A stretch of DNA of 45,514 nt from a virus (IMGVR_UViG_3300003375_000003:1-45514), one strand, 5' to 3'. Shown: positions 33,592 through 43,193, numbered from the stretch's first letter. The notes: generated from the sequence alone by a model not told the origin. Made by a program: numbers and translations.

Positions 33592-34155
33592 TTATCGAAC
33601 TGTTGTTAAGAATCCGCTGTAAACAGATGTTGCCGTGCCCCCTACGATTATTCGCGCAAATAAGTTGTCGAATGAACCGCATATGCCAGAAATTTTCGGG
33701 ATAATGTATTTGTAAGTCTTTGATGCCCCCGGAACAGTAGTTGATCCCGCACCAACACAACCGGCGCAATTCGTAACAGTACCCGTTATTTCAAATGCAT
33801 TTACAGGTAGTGTTTGGAAATCTGTTGCAACCTGAGCCGCTGTAAGTGGTACGCCCTTGTTATTGATTCCGTATAGATGAATAGCAACAGGCGTTACCGT
33901 GCCGGTAACTGTGGTTAGTGTGAACTCGAAAGCCTCATCATACCCATTACCTACCCATATAAACAATGCGCCCGTGTCTGTATTCGTGAGCGTGTCTTTA
34001 AGTGGGGATATTGCCACGCCCTTTGAATTTACAAGGTGCAGCGGCGTTGATGTGTATTGAGCCGTTCCGTTTTGCCCTATGCTTTGCCCGAATGACGGAA
34101 CGCAAAAGGACAATATGCTAAGAAGCATTATTAACTTTAATTTTAAATGTTTCAT
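33592..34155 (-). CDS. hypothetical late protein with an N-terminal Sec signal peptide
   Basis: N-terminus MKHLKLKLIMLLSILSFCVPSFG/QSIGQ. Lies directly downstream of the capsid gene. Confidence 0.55.
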   Translation of the reverse strand: MKHLKLKLIMLLSILSFCVPSFGQSIGQNGTAQYTSTPLHLVNSKGVAISPLKDTLTNTDTGALFIWVGNGYDEAFEFTLTTVTGTVTPVAIHLYGINNKGVPLTAAQVATDFQTLPVNAFEITGTVTNCAGCVGAGSTTVPGASKTYKYIIPKISGICGSFDNLFARIIVGGTATSVYSGFLTTVR

Positions 34156-34211
34156 TTTTGTTGTTTTGGGAATGATAAAAATTTGTTTACTTAGTCGCTG
34201 TTATGCCGGTG

Positions 34212-35276
34212 TTACGATACCCCCATCATTTGCGACAGTTCCATAATCGGGCTATCAGAAGCCAATGACAGCGGAGCAGTTACATATCCGATAGTCAGCG
34301 TCAACTCAGTCTGCAACACAAAATCCTGAGTACTGCCACCTGTTGTATTTGCCGATGTATCGGAACGCTGCGTATATATAGAAACGTCCGCTACTGCGCC
34401 GCTTCCTGTTGGGCTTGCAACTGTACCCACCATACCTATTGAACCGCCCATATCAGGATTTGGCAACCCTGTACGGTTGAGCATTTCGTTCCAGTTCAGT
34501 CCGGCAAATAACCCTTTAGGCATTGCGAACACAGACCCGTTGGTATAGTTGGTATCGAGTACTGCCGCTGAACGTGCGATATTCACACCCTCAAACTGCC
34601 ATCCGAGGTTATTTTGGTTACCTGCACCCTGGTTCATGTAGTTCATGAAGTTGCTACCCATTTGAATGTCGGCAACAATATCAAGTTCAGTACGGTAGTT
34701 GCGGGCAAACATGGCATCTTTCACCTTTTGCAGGAACAGCGTCTTTTGGTTGTCGGGAATTTCTAGGGCGTATGTTGTTTCATTCCATCCTGTCAATCCC
34801 GCTGACTGCAACAGCGGGTCCATCGTAGCTTTTGCAAGCTGCATACGGTTAGCATAAAGGAAAGCGAGGCCGCTGTTATCGTGGCGATCTTCAAGGTTTT
34901 TCCATGCCATTTCGTACTCATTGTTATACACGTCCTGATAGGTGTATACGTTATTTGCACCGATTTTAAGCGGTATTCCGAACGGCTGCACATGAGAAAC
35001 GTAAGTAACGGTTACATAGCCGCTATCTCCGAATGTGCCGGTATGGTTGTATGCTTTGGTAGTGCCTGCGCCTGCTGCAATATCTTTCTTGTAGTAGATT
35101 TGAACGGGACGAAGCGGGGAAGTTCTTAGTGTTGCTGCATCAGGTATTGAAAAATCCTGATTTTGCAGGGCAAGACCCATGACGGTAGGTATTTTTCTAC
35201 GCTGCTCAGGTGCTTGGAATTTGGCTGTGGCTTTTGCCTGACCAATATTTAAAATGGATGCTGCTAAATTAGCCAT
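34212..35276 (-). CDS. major capsid protein (putative)
   Basis: 354 aa from ATG 35276 (MANLAASILNIGQ). Follows the scaffold-like gene. The 26-aa N-terminal extension from track start 35354 looks non-protein-like. Confidence 0.65.
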   Translation of the reverse strand: MANLAASILNIGQAKATAKFQAPEQRRKIPTVMGLALQNQDFSIPDAATLRTSPLRPVQIYYKKDIAAGAGTTKAYNHTGTFGDSGYVTVTYVSHVQPFGIPLKIGANNVYTYQDVYNNEYEMAWKNLEDRHDNSGLAFLYANRMQLAKATMDPLLQSAGLTGWNETTYALEIPDNQKTLFLQKVKDAMFARNYRTELDIVADIQMGSNFMNYMNQGAGNQNNLGWQFEGVNIARSAAVLDTNYTNGSVFAMPKGLFAGLNWNEMLNRTGLPNPDMGGSIGMVGTVASPTGSGAVADVSIYTQRSDTSANTTGGSTQDFVLQTELTLTIGYVTAPLSLASDSPIMELSQMMGVS

Positions 35277-35415
35277 TGTGAATACTTTTAGTAAGTGAGA
35301 TAAAAAGAAAGAAGTGAATTTGAAAGACTTACAATCCCTGTAAGTTTCGGGCATCCCACCCTAAAAGAAATGACGGTAAAAAGTTCAGAGCATCCCGCTT
35401 TTACTAATTACATGA

Positions 35416-35448
35416 CAAAGTTAAATACATTGTTCGGAAATAAACAAA
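35416..35448 (-). promoter_or_regulatory. Bacteroidota-type promoter upstream of the capsid gene
   Basis: On the minus strand, TTTG (35448-35445), a 21-nt spacer, then TAACTTTG (35423-35416). This matches the -33 TTTG / -7 TAnnTTTG consensus and spacing. Confidence 0.5.
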
Positions 35449-35490
35449 TTTATTTTTGCTAGACTAAAAATAATTGTTAGGCGGGACTAA

Positions 35491-35787
35491 TTAAGCTGTT
35501 ACTTTGCAGCCTTCGATATTATTCGTATGCTTGTCACCCTTAGTTACGTAGTTCTGATAAATGTGTTTAATCCTTACATGGTCGAAGTTTTCACTTAGTG
35601 GCACGTATGTTTGATAAGCGTCGGTAATGATACGTGAGTTTTCCTCAACGTTTGCTACCATAATCGGCAACAATGTTTCAGCCTTAGTATTTGGTACTAC
35701 AAACGTCCTGATCAGGATTGGTTTCATGATACACAAATATAAGCATTTTAAAGTAAAAAGCAGGTGTAAGAATACACCCGCCCCCAT
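35491..35787 (-). pseudogene. IS1595-family (ISXO2-like DDE) transposase fragment
   Basis: FVVPNTKAETLLPIMVANVEENSRIITDAYQTYVPLSENFDHVRIKHIYQNYVTKGDKHTNNIEG matches the central and C-terminal IS1595 DDE pattern (VVPN.K..TL.PI....V...S.I.TDE...Y..L....H..VNH....YV.G..HTN.IEGFW). The N-terminal zinc ribbon, first Asp region and C-terminal end are missing. Confidence 0.8.
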
Positions 35788-35808
35788 TTATTAAAACCAT
35801 GAAAATCG

Positions 35809-36642
35809 TTAATTATTCCAGTCGAACGTAGGATTGTCTTTTGCCTGATCCTGAACAAATGCCATAGCGGATGGGCTGACCTCATTTAGTCCGGGGTTAG
35901 CTTCTTTCCATTTGGTCAATGCCTCGCTTTGCGAACGTGATTTACCGCCGCCTGCCGGCCCACCGCCACTATTACCGCCGCCCCTGCCGCCTGCTGCTCC
36001 CGCTGGTGCTTCTGCTGTCCATTTAAATTCCTCAAATAGTTGCTTATATGCTTCTTTGTGCGGTAACGGGGCTTTTGTGGTCGTGTCCTTCATTGGTTCG
36101 CCGTTGCGGTAAACCCCGTCCTGTTTGATTTCTACGCCACGCATATTGAGCAATGCCAAATACTCACTTTCATTCGTAGTCTTTGCCCTGTTGTCGGGCA
36201 GGTACTTGAATTGATCGTAGGTGAACTTTGTAGTTTCTACTTCTTTTTTTGCTGTGTCGCGCTCGGTGGTGAGCGTGGTTTGTGCCGTTAAGAGGTCTGT
36301 TACCTGCTGATTGAGTAGTTTTACTTTCTCATCATCAGATTTGCCAATATGGTCTTTCAGTTGTTTGCCAAGTTCCCCGAAACGGTCAATTTTGTCAACT
36401 TCCAGTTTCAGACCGGTAGACTTGTTTATTTCAGCAATAGCGATAGGCAGCGCATTCTTTTCACCTTCCTTTACACCCTCTTTCTTCGTGTTGACATCGC
36501 GAAGGGTTAGTTGGTCGGCTGTCAGTATTTCCCCATCAGGAATAACAATATCTTTTTCGGCGGGGTCATTTGCTGCGGCAATAATGGCGTCGATGTCTAA
36601 GCCGAGTTTTTTTGCTTTGTCTTTATCTGATTGTTTTATCAT
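35809..36642 (-). CDS. putative scaffolding protein
   Basis: 277 aa, charged and helical, with a Gly-rich tract GGRGGGNSGGGPAGGG. Lies between the portal region and the capsid gene. No protease motif seen. Confidence 0.5.
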   Translation of the reverse strand: MIKQSDKDKAKKLGLDIDAIIAAANDPAEKDIVIPDGEILTADQLTLRDVNTKKEGVKEGEKNALPIAIAEINKSTGLKLEVDKIDRFGELGKQLKDHIGKSDDEKVKLLNQQVTDLLTAQTTLTTERDTAKKEVETTKFTYDQFKYLPDNRAKTTNESEYLALLNMRGVEIKQDGVYRNGEPMKDTTTKAPLPHKEAYKQLFEEFKWTAEAPAGAAGGRGGGNSGGGPAGGGKSRSQSEALTKWKEANPGLNEVSPSAMAFVQDQAKDNPTFDWNN

Positions 36643-36645
36643 GGC

Positions 36646-37146
36646 TTAGTTGCGTTTAGTATTGTTAGAATTAGTATTGCTGTTTCCGCTTCCATTTGCC
36701 GTGTTGCCTTCTGTTTGCTTTGCTTGCGGCTCCGCCTTTTTAAGCAGATAATAAATGCCCGGATGCGTCATTGTGAAATTTGGCACTTGCTCATTCATCA
36801 ACTTTGCCCGTCCTGCCGTGATCCGTGTTTTTATTTCCGGCGTGGTATCTTTCAATCTGATACCCGTAATAATAACAGGCGAATCCTTAACGCCATCATA
36901 CAATTCTTCTTTGAGTACGGCGCACCTGTAACCCTCATAGTCATAAAGGTCATTTGCACCCAACCCGCCTGAACGCAGGTTTTTGGCTGATTCCAAACGC
37001 TTCTTTGGGTTTGCTAATGACCCGATAGTCAGGTTTAGATAATCGTCCCACGAATCTCCCGTGAGTTTGGTGTAATCAAATGCAGCGAGCTTATCCGCTA
37101 ATTCAGCATTGCCGATTTTTGGTTTCGGGCTTTTCTGTTGTTCCAT
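36646..37146 (-). CDS. hypothetical head-module protein (166 aa)
   Basis: ORF in the late operon, 3 nt from the next gene. Confidence 0.5.
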   Translation of the reverse strand: MEQQKSPKPKIGNAELADKLAAFDYTKLTGDSWDDYLNLTIGSLANPKKRLESAKNLRSGGLGANDLYDYEGYRCAVLKEELYDGVKDSPVIITGIRLKDTTPEIKTRITAGRAKLMNEQVPNFTMTHPGIYYLLKKAEPQAKQTEGNTANGSGNSNTNSNNTKRN

Positions 37147-37168
37147 TTTATTGGTTTTAGTAAAATCT

Positions 37169-37450
37169 TTAGCAGGTATGTAGTTGATTTGTCTTGCTGT
37201 GTTTGTATTCTATACTCATTTCATACTCAACTTTATTCCCGTTTGGATAGTAGTTTATGAGTATTTTAAGACCGTATATTTTGCGCTCGATTGTCTTACC
37301 GTTAGGGTAAAATTTGACATCATTTGGCAGTATCATGGCGTCAGTAAGTTCCATGTACCGGCTTTTAATATTGAGTGCGGCGGCTAGTATATCCCCCTCT
37401 GCATTCTTATCTTTTAAGACGCAAAATCTTTCAACTAGGTTTTTATTCAT
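37169..37450 (-). CDS. hypothetical head-module protein (93 aa)
   Basis: ORF in the late operon, 2 nt after the portal stop. Confidence 0.5.
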   Translation of the reverse strand: MNKNLVERFCVLKDKNAEGDILAAALNIKSRYMELTDAMILPNDVKFYPNGKTIERKIYGLKILINYYPNGNKVEYEMSIEYKHSKTNQLHTC

Positions 37451-37452
37451 GG

Positions 37453-39270
37453 TTAATTCTGTTGTGCTGTTTTCATATCTGCGGCCTGTTGCGCTAGTTC
37501 CTGCTGCTCCGTCTTAACCGCATCCGTCTTATCCTTGCAGAATTGTTGAAACAATGCCAATAGTGCATCTTTCATCATAAACTGTTTTTGCAGGTCGTTA
37601 AGCGTTCGCATCCATTCCCCGAAATATATATTAGCCACTTTATCCTCAACGCTTATATCTGTTGCTGCGTTAACAATAACATCTGTTTTATGCGGGAACG
37701 GCTGCAATTCATAGAACTTTATCGCTACGGCAAGTTTATCGGGGTTTGACTTGTATGTAGCCATCAGGAAACGCTTAAATTGATTATCTAGCTCGACATC
37801 AGGCGTACCGTTCTTTAGCATATCATGGTACACCTCTAAAATATCCTCAGGCAATTCAAGTATGTAATTACGCGATAATCTTACACTTGTTTGGTTTGTC
37901 TTCCACATATCAGGAAACCAAAATTTACCTATGAAGTTGGATATGTTTTTTATACAATTCTCCGCCCAATCAGCGGTCATATTCAGACGGGCATACTCAG
38001 GCTGCAAGTTAGTAAGCGTCTTTGTTGCTGTTTCGTCCATATCACCCTTCCCGTTGCTCTGTACACGCACATTAGGCTTAGTACCCCAATAGGTTGCTAT
38101 TATCAAATCTTCCAATGAAATAAGCCCGTCATTCATCATTGTCAACCCTTCAATATCAGGGGTGATATACATAAAAATGTCGGAAGCCTTAAACCTCGGA
38201 ATGTCTTTGAGCATTTCAAGCGGGAAACGCGCTACATCTGCGGGTGTTGTACGCACTTTATAGCCTGAGCCAATACTTTGTCCCGGCAATGTACAATCCG
38301 GGCATGCTTGACCACGATATAAGCCGGTACTATCCCCGTTCGCAGTCTTACAGGTTGTGCATGATATTAGGGGTTCAACCGCTTTTGGGAATCCGTGTAG
38401 CTTCTTATGCAAGTCACGCACCGACCTGTCATATGCGAAACACTCTGCAAGTTCTATTACGAATTGAAGCGGTGAGCCAAACGCCTTAGGATCGTCAAAC
38501 TGGAATAAATCAGAAACAATAAATGCGGGTACTCTTCCAAAGTTGTGATAGATGGGGTTTTTCTGCCTCATCAGCACAATAGTAAGCGTATCGTTATCTC
38601 TCTTGTAAATAGTGTCGGAAACATCATCTACAAAGCGATAATAACCCTTTATGTTATCTCCCGCATAGTTGCCTGTTGAGTTAACAACCTGTTCGATAAT
38701 ACCATAGTCATGCAATTGCTCGGTAGATACATTGAAACACACGTACTCCAACATTCTGCCATTTGGCAGGTAGTCAAATATTTCGTCTGAGCTTTTGTAG
38801 GTCGGGTAGCATTTTGGAGTAGGAAAATTCACGCCGTCAAAAGACAACATTTCCTGAGCCTCCATGAAAATAATACTCATTGGGTCGGATCGGAATGCCT
38901 GCAATGCATAAGTATGTACCCAATGCTGCAACGACATGCCATTGATAACATCATCGGTAAGCGCACGCATTGTGTCCTCTTGTGCTTTAGGAAGCCCATA
39001 GAAAGTACTCCCTCCCGTTGTGGTAAATACTTGATCTTCTTTATGCAGCAAACGCTTAAATAGATCACGGTTGGATATTGCGCCTGACTTGCGCGAAGTG
39101 AAACACGCATCATCCTCTACGTATTTATCGCGCTGTAAATTGTCTTTATAACCAACGGAATGAGTATGGCGGCTATAAAGTTTACGCATTTCCTGAGCCT
39201 TTTTTACTAAGTCCTTTTGAGGATTAGTAAAAATTATATTCTTTATCTGCTCATACGAATAAACGCCCAT
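37453..39270 (-). CDS. portal protein (putative)
   Basis: 605 aa, immediately downstream of terL. Size and position are typical. No explicit motif claimed. Confidence 0.7.
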   Translation of the reverse strand: MGVYSYEQIKNIIFTNPQKDLVKKAQEMRKLYSRHTHSVGYKDNLQRDKYVEDDACFTSRKSGAISNRDLFKRLLHKEDQVFTTTGGSTFYGLPKAQEDTMRALTDDVINGMSLQHWVHTYALQAFRSDPMSIIFMEAQEMLSFDGVNFPTPKCYPTYKSSDEIFDYLPNGRMLEYVCFNVSTEQLHDYGIIEQVVNSTGNYAGDNIKGYYRFVDDVSDTIYKRDNDTLTIVLMRQKNPIYHNFGRVPAFIVSDLFQFDDPKAFGSPLQFVIELAECFAYDRSVRDLHKKLHGFPKAVEPLISCTTCKTANGDSTGLYRGQACPDCTLPGQSIGSGYKVRTTPADVARFPLEMLKDIPRFKASDIFMYITPDIEGLTMMNDGLISLEDLIIATYWGTKPNVRVQSNGKGDMDETATKTLTNLQPEYARLNMTADWAENCIKNISNFIGKFWFPDMWKTNQTSVRLSRNYILELPEDILEVYHDMLKNGTPDVELDNQFKRFLMATYKSNPDKLAVAIKFYELQPFPHKTDVIVNAATDISVEDKVANIYFGEWMRTLNDLQKQFMMKDALLALFQQFCKDKTDAVKTEQQELAQQAADMKTAQQN

Positions 39271-39286
39271 ATCAGGAAGGAAAAAC

Positions 39287-39319
39287 CAAAGTTATGTAAA
39301 ATTTGGTTGAACTAACAAA
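39287..39319 (-). promoter_or_regulatory. Bacteroidota-type promoter upstream of the portal gene
   Basis: On the minus strand, TTTG (39319-39316), a 21-nt spacer, then TAACTTTG (39294-39287). The -7 box ends 16 nt before the portal ATG. Confidence 0.5.
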
Positions 39320-39324
39320 TATTT

Positions 39325-39338
39325 TTAGGCTTGCCTAA
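39325..39338. promoter_or_regulatory. late-region palindromic motif, copy 2 (TTAGGC-TT-GCCTAA)
   Basis: Perfect interrupted palindrome just upstream of the -33 box. The 9-mer ATTTGGTTG (39301-39309) is shared with copy 1. Confidence 0.4.
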
Positions 39339-39362
39339 CTTTTAGATGTAAAATAGGTGTTT

Positions 39363-40829
39363 TTATACCATCCAAACATTACTTTTGCGGGTCTTATACG
39401 CCGTAAATTCCTTTTCGAGTATCTTACATATGAAATACCTCTTAGCGTCCGAGAAGTGCCCAAACGGCTCGTATGTCTGCCCTGTGACTTTATCTTTCAC
39501 CTTTGTTTTCAACATAGCCCCGTCTTTATCCTCCTTCACGCTGATATAATCATCAATGGATACAGGGCAATTATCGCCAATAGTTATGCTGTACCCATCA
39601 TATTCATTTTCGTAAATGTCGTTCACAAACTCAGCAGAGCGTGCAACTTCTGGGTGTGATTTACCTATACGCCTGAATACTGAATAACCCGCCTCTTGGA
39701 GTGTGGAAATGAATTTATCGTACCATGAAAGGTTATTTTCATCAATAGTATTTTGGGAATTGCCGGACGGGTCGCCGTACACATACAGCACGTCTTTGTA
39801 GTCGATACTATCCAGCCATTTAATTACCCTCTTAGCGGCCTTAATTGCATTATTATCGGGATTGCGACATGGGAACTCGTTTATCTGCCTGATATTCTTA
39901 TTCACATATTGCCACGCTCCCACCGTTACATATGGGTTTGCGTTCTGGTCACATGAAAGATGTATTGTAGTGGGTGCAACCTCTATTTTACGCACATGCT
40001 TAACCTCGTCAAATTGCTTCCAAAACTCGCCACCTGTACGGATAATACCACGTTCACCATTGGCATAGATACGGTATAGATTAGGCTTTTTAAGCCGCAA
40101 AACTTCAAAGTTTTCAAGAGCATGAGTATCTATATTCCCGCCACCCCATGGACGACCTACAACCCAATAGTTATCACGGTAAGTAACTTTTATCCAAATA
40201 GTGTCTTTGGCTTTATTTGTGCGCTTAAATGAATATTCGGGGTCTAAACCTGAGAACTCGCGCCCTTCAATCGACAGCGGTAAATCTGTCCATTCCTGAG
40301 TATCAATATCATTCTCATATTGCCACAGCTTTGAACTTACTGGATTCCAGTCGCAAATAAATTTCTGATTAGGTAGTCCTCGTAAACGCAACTTAGCCTG
40401 ATCCCAAACATATTCCTCACATTGATTCCATTCATTGAAATAAATGAAATTGAATTTAGCAATACCCTTTATGTTTTCGTCATCATCAAGACCACGAAAA
40501 CGTATATCAGACTTGCCGTCCTTGCCTTTAAATAGGTTCTGTTGCGGTATGTAGTAATCTAACTCCATGCCGTCTTTAGCCATCTTGAAAGTGCTATAAA
40601 CACTATCCAAAATGTCCACCAATTGAGCGCGAAATACCATTGTTGAATATTCATGCTGAAAGCCGGCTATTAAAAGGGCCTGGCAGATGGAATAGGTCTT
40701 TGCGGCACTACTGCCACCCTCAACCTTAATGAATCGTATAGATGGGTCTAAAAGGGCTTGTAGGACGTGCCAGAATAGCGGATTGAAGCCTTTAGGGGAA
40801 AAGTTATACTGACGGGTGAAATTTGCCAC
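39363..40829 (-). CDS. terL: terminase large subunit
   Basis: 488 aa. Walker-A-like VEGGSSAAKTYS near the N-terminus. A 1-nt overlap links it to the upstream Terminase_2 small-subunit gene. Canonical position. Confidence 0.85.
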   Translation of the reverse strand: MANFTRQYNFSPKGFNPLFWHVLQALLDPSIRFIKVEGGSSAAKTYSICQALLIAGFQHEYSTMVFRAQLVDILDSVYSTFKMAKDGMELDYYIPQQNLFKGKDGKSDIRFRGLDDDENIKGIAKFNFIYFNEWNQCEEYVWDQAKLRLRGLPNQKFICDWNPVSSKLWQYENDIDTQEWTDLPLSIEGREFSGLDPEYSFKRTNKAKDTIWIKVTYRDNYWVVGRPWGGGNIDTHALENFEVLRLKKPNLYRIYANGERGIIRTGGEFWKQFDEVKHVRKIEVAPTTIHLSCDQNANPYVTVGAWQYVNKNIRQINEFPCRNPDNNAIKAAKRVIKWLDSIDYKDVLYVYGDPSGNSQNTIDENNLSWYDKFISTLQEAGYSVFRRIGKSHPEVARSAEFVNDIYENEYDGYSITIGDNCPVSIDDYISVKEDKDGAMLKTKVKDKVTGQTYEPFGHFSDAKRYFICKILEKEFTAYKTRKSNVWMV

Positions 40830-41296
40830 TATTCACCAAAGTTTACATTCTTGATGACGATTTCGCCGGTATTATCAATCTTGTCTGTGAATATCGCTAA
40901 ATGCTTACCGAGTAATTCAAAGGCCTTGTTTGCGCCATTAGAATCAAATTCCCATACATCCCTATCCTCGTCATCCTTTACCTGCTCCATTTTCATGGAT
41001 TGGTTATTGAACCTCATTACTGGATATGCCTGCATGCAACGTTGAGCAACTTCTTTCAATCCCTCCACCACAAAATCAGCGTCAATCATGGTTCTTTTAC
41101 TGCGTTCAGACATAGCATTTTGTATATACGTGCGTATTTCATGTTTCCTCATGTTTTCATATGCAGTATTATACGCACTGTCTTTAGAATATCCGGCACG
41201 AATAGCGGCTTTGGTTGCGTTCAAATCGACTAAATATTCATTACAAAAAAGTAATTGCTTATCCGTGAGGTTTGAAGATTCATTTTCCGTTGACAT
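40829..41296 (-). CDS. terS: terminase small subunit (Terminase_2 family)
   Basis: LTDKQLLFCNEYLVDLNATKAAIRAGYSKDSAYNTAYENMRKHEIRTYI matches the Terminase_2 HTH signature. Confidence 0.85.
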   Translation of the reverse strand: MSTENESSNLTDKQLLFCNEYLVDLNATKAAIRAGYSKDSAYNTAYENMRKHEIRTYIQNAMSERSKRTMIDADFVVEGLKEVAQRCMQAYPVMRFNNQSMKMEQVKDDEDRDVWEFDSNGANKAFELLGKHLAIFTDKIDNTGEIVIKNVNFGE

Positions 41297-41313
41297 ATAG
41301 TAAAAATATTCAC

Positions 41314-41321
41314 CAAAGGTA
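41314..41321 (-). promoter_or_regulatory. possible -7 box (TACCTTTG) upstream of terS
   Basis: Exact TAnnTTTG on the minus strand, ending 17 nt before the terS ATG. No -33 TTTG at the expected spacing. Confidence 0.25.
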
Positions 41322-41863
41322 TAGATTTTACCGTTACTATACTTTTTACAGCAGATATATTTTTTTCAGTAACTCGCGCAACGAAAAGTTAAAAGGGGAA
41401 ATCAGTCTGTCAACCACTTAGAACCCCAAAACAAACTAATATTTTTGTGCCCACCCGATTAACGGAAGTGGTACGAAACTTGCAGGTATTTTTAAAAAGC
41501 AAACTTGTGGCATTGTTGGAATCCTGATAAGTGGTGAATCAGGGCAACACAGCGGGGCATCTTTGGGATTCTATCGCTCAGGTATCAGGGACAAAGGTAA
41601 GTCTATTCCAAAATAACCGCCAAATAAAGTTTAAAGGCTAAGGTGGAATTTAAACAATTTCATCCCGATATAGAAATACAAAAAGACAATCCGACAATAC
41701 TTTATATCCCCTAAAAAGTACTTTTCTCATTCGTGCTATCCCGAATCGAACTACCCCTAAGCGACTGAGCGCGGGACATGTGCAATATCCAAACTACGGA
41801 GAGCAAGAGCAACGTAAAAACGATTGCCCTCTTTAAATACGGGTAGCGCATGGGGAAAGGTAG

Positions 41864-43060
41864 TTATAAAGTGTTAGATACTTTCTTTATTTTATCATGC
41901 TCCCTTTTTTCGCTGTCTATATCGTAGTGGCGTTTCAACATCTCCACACTTTCAGCGTTTTGGATCGCGGCTGCATCTATCCCGATTAGTGCGGCTGTTT
42001 CTGTGGTGTTAAGGTGCTTTAAACTATACATACCTACTTTGATATTCAGCTTCTCTTTTATCCGCTTCCACCGTTGTTTAATGGCATTTGTAGTAATCGG
42101 AGTGTTGCCGGTAAGTAAATCATCAGACCATACATAATCCCCCTTTTTAGCATTGCCAATTGCCTCGCGCCACATGCCTACGGCAATATCCTTAATAGGG
42201 CGTTCTTTATAGCTGTATTCGCGTCCTTTCATTACCAGGTAGGTAACAACCTGTCTTTGTAAATCTACGTCTTTAACTTTGACCCGCAACATCTCTGTGA
42301 TCCTTGAGCCTGAGTGAAAGAATATATTTATAAATAATAGGAATCTTGTGCTTGTTTTCTGCAAATGCTCAATAAGTTTCACGCGCTCCGGCTTGGTAAG
42401 CAATACCTTTTTTGCTCTCGGTGCGGTCTTTTGCCGTTCAAGCGAAATGGGATAATTTGCTTGTACGACTTCAACTATGATCAGCTTTTTATAAAATTTA
42501 CGCAATACCTTTTTATGAGTATTAAATTTATTCCCCGACCATGTACCATCTTTTTTGTATGCAGCCCGTTCACATATCAAATACAAGTGCCTTAGCGTAA
42601 CGTCCCAAATATTCATTTTATCGAACCGAAGATATTGAGCGGCATTTGTAATTTCTCTCAGGCTCCAATCTGTTTCCGCCGTCATGGTCGTGTCGGCCTC
42701 TTTCAATTTGCCTTTTACATATTTCAAAGCCTCAATAAAAGGTGTCCATTTGTTTATTTCCTCATTTTCGGGTATCAATACCGGCTTTTGCGTTCGCTCG
42801 GTTATTGGGTTATACCCTATTACCTCAAGTTCGTAATCCAGTTGTTTAAGAGCCTCTTTCATTGCCTCCCGCCGATCATCAATAGTGTCGAACGTATTGA
42901 ACCGACTTATCATTACCTGCTTATTAGCGCGCAAATTATCATCATAAAACCTATACTTTATATACCACGTTTGACGTAGCAGGGAATTACCCCCCGTTTT
43001 CCATTTATCGGGCTTTACAAGTATGTTGCCGCGCCTGCAATTATTCGGTAATGCTTTCAT
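41864..43060 (-). CDS. int: tyrosine recombinase (phage integrase)
   Basis: 398 aa. FFHSGSRITEML (catalytic Arg region), YSLKHLNTTE (His box) and MLKRHY (C-terminal Tyr). Adjacent to a tRNA 3' fragment. Confidence 0.9.
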   Translation of the reverse strand: MKALPNNCRRGNILVKPDKWKTGGNSLLRQTWYIKYRFYDDNLRANKQVMISRFNTFDTIDDRREAMKEALKQLDYELEVIGYNPITERTQKPVLIPENEEINKWTPFIEALKYVKGKLKEADTTMTAETDWSLREITNAAQYLRFDKMNIWDVTLRHLYLICERAAYKKDGTWSGNKFNTHKKVLRKFYKKLIIVEVVQANYPISLERQKTAPRAKKVLLTKPERVKLIEHLQKTSTRFLLFINIFFHSGSRITEMLRVKVKDVDLQRQVVTYLVMKGREYSYKERPIKDIAVGMWREAIGNAKKGDYVWSDDLLTGNTPITTNAIKQRWKRIKEKLNIKVGMYSLKHLNTTETAALIGIDAAAIQNAESVEMLKRHYDIDSEKREHDKIKKVSNTL

Positions 43061-43150
43061 ATCGTTTGGTAGAAATAATGGTAGAAAATAGTGTTTTTAC
43101 CCTATGATAAATAGGGTTGCAAATGGCGGAAACCATTGTTAATAAAGAAG

Positions 43151-43193
43151 AGCGGAAAACGAGACTCGAACCCGCGACCCTCAGCTTGGGAAG
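43151..43193 (-). other. attP core: 3' half of a tRNA-Gly(CCC) gene (anticodon loop to acceptor 3' end)
   Basis: The minus strand reads C-TTCCCAA-GCTGA-GGGTC-GCGGG-TTCGAGT-CTCGT-TTTCCGC-T (anticodon loop with CCC, 3' anticodon stem, variable loop, T arm, acceptor). No D arm or 5' acceptor lies upstream. It is 90 nt from the integrase start. Confidence 0.7.
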
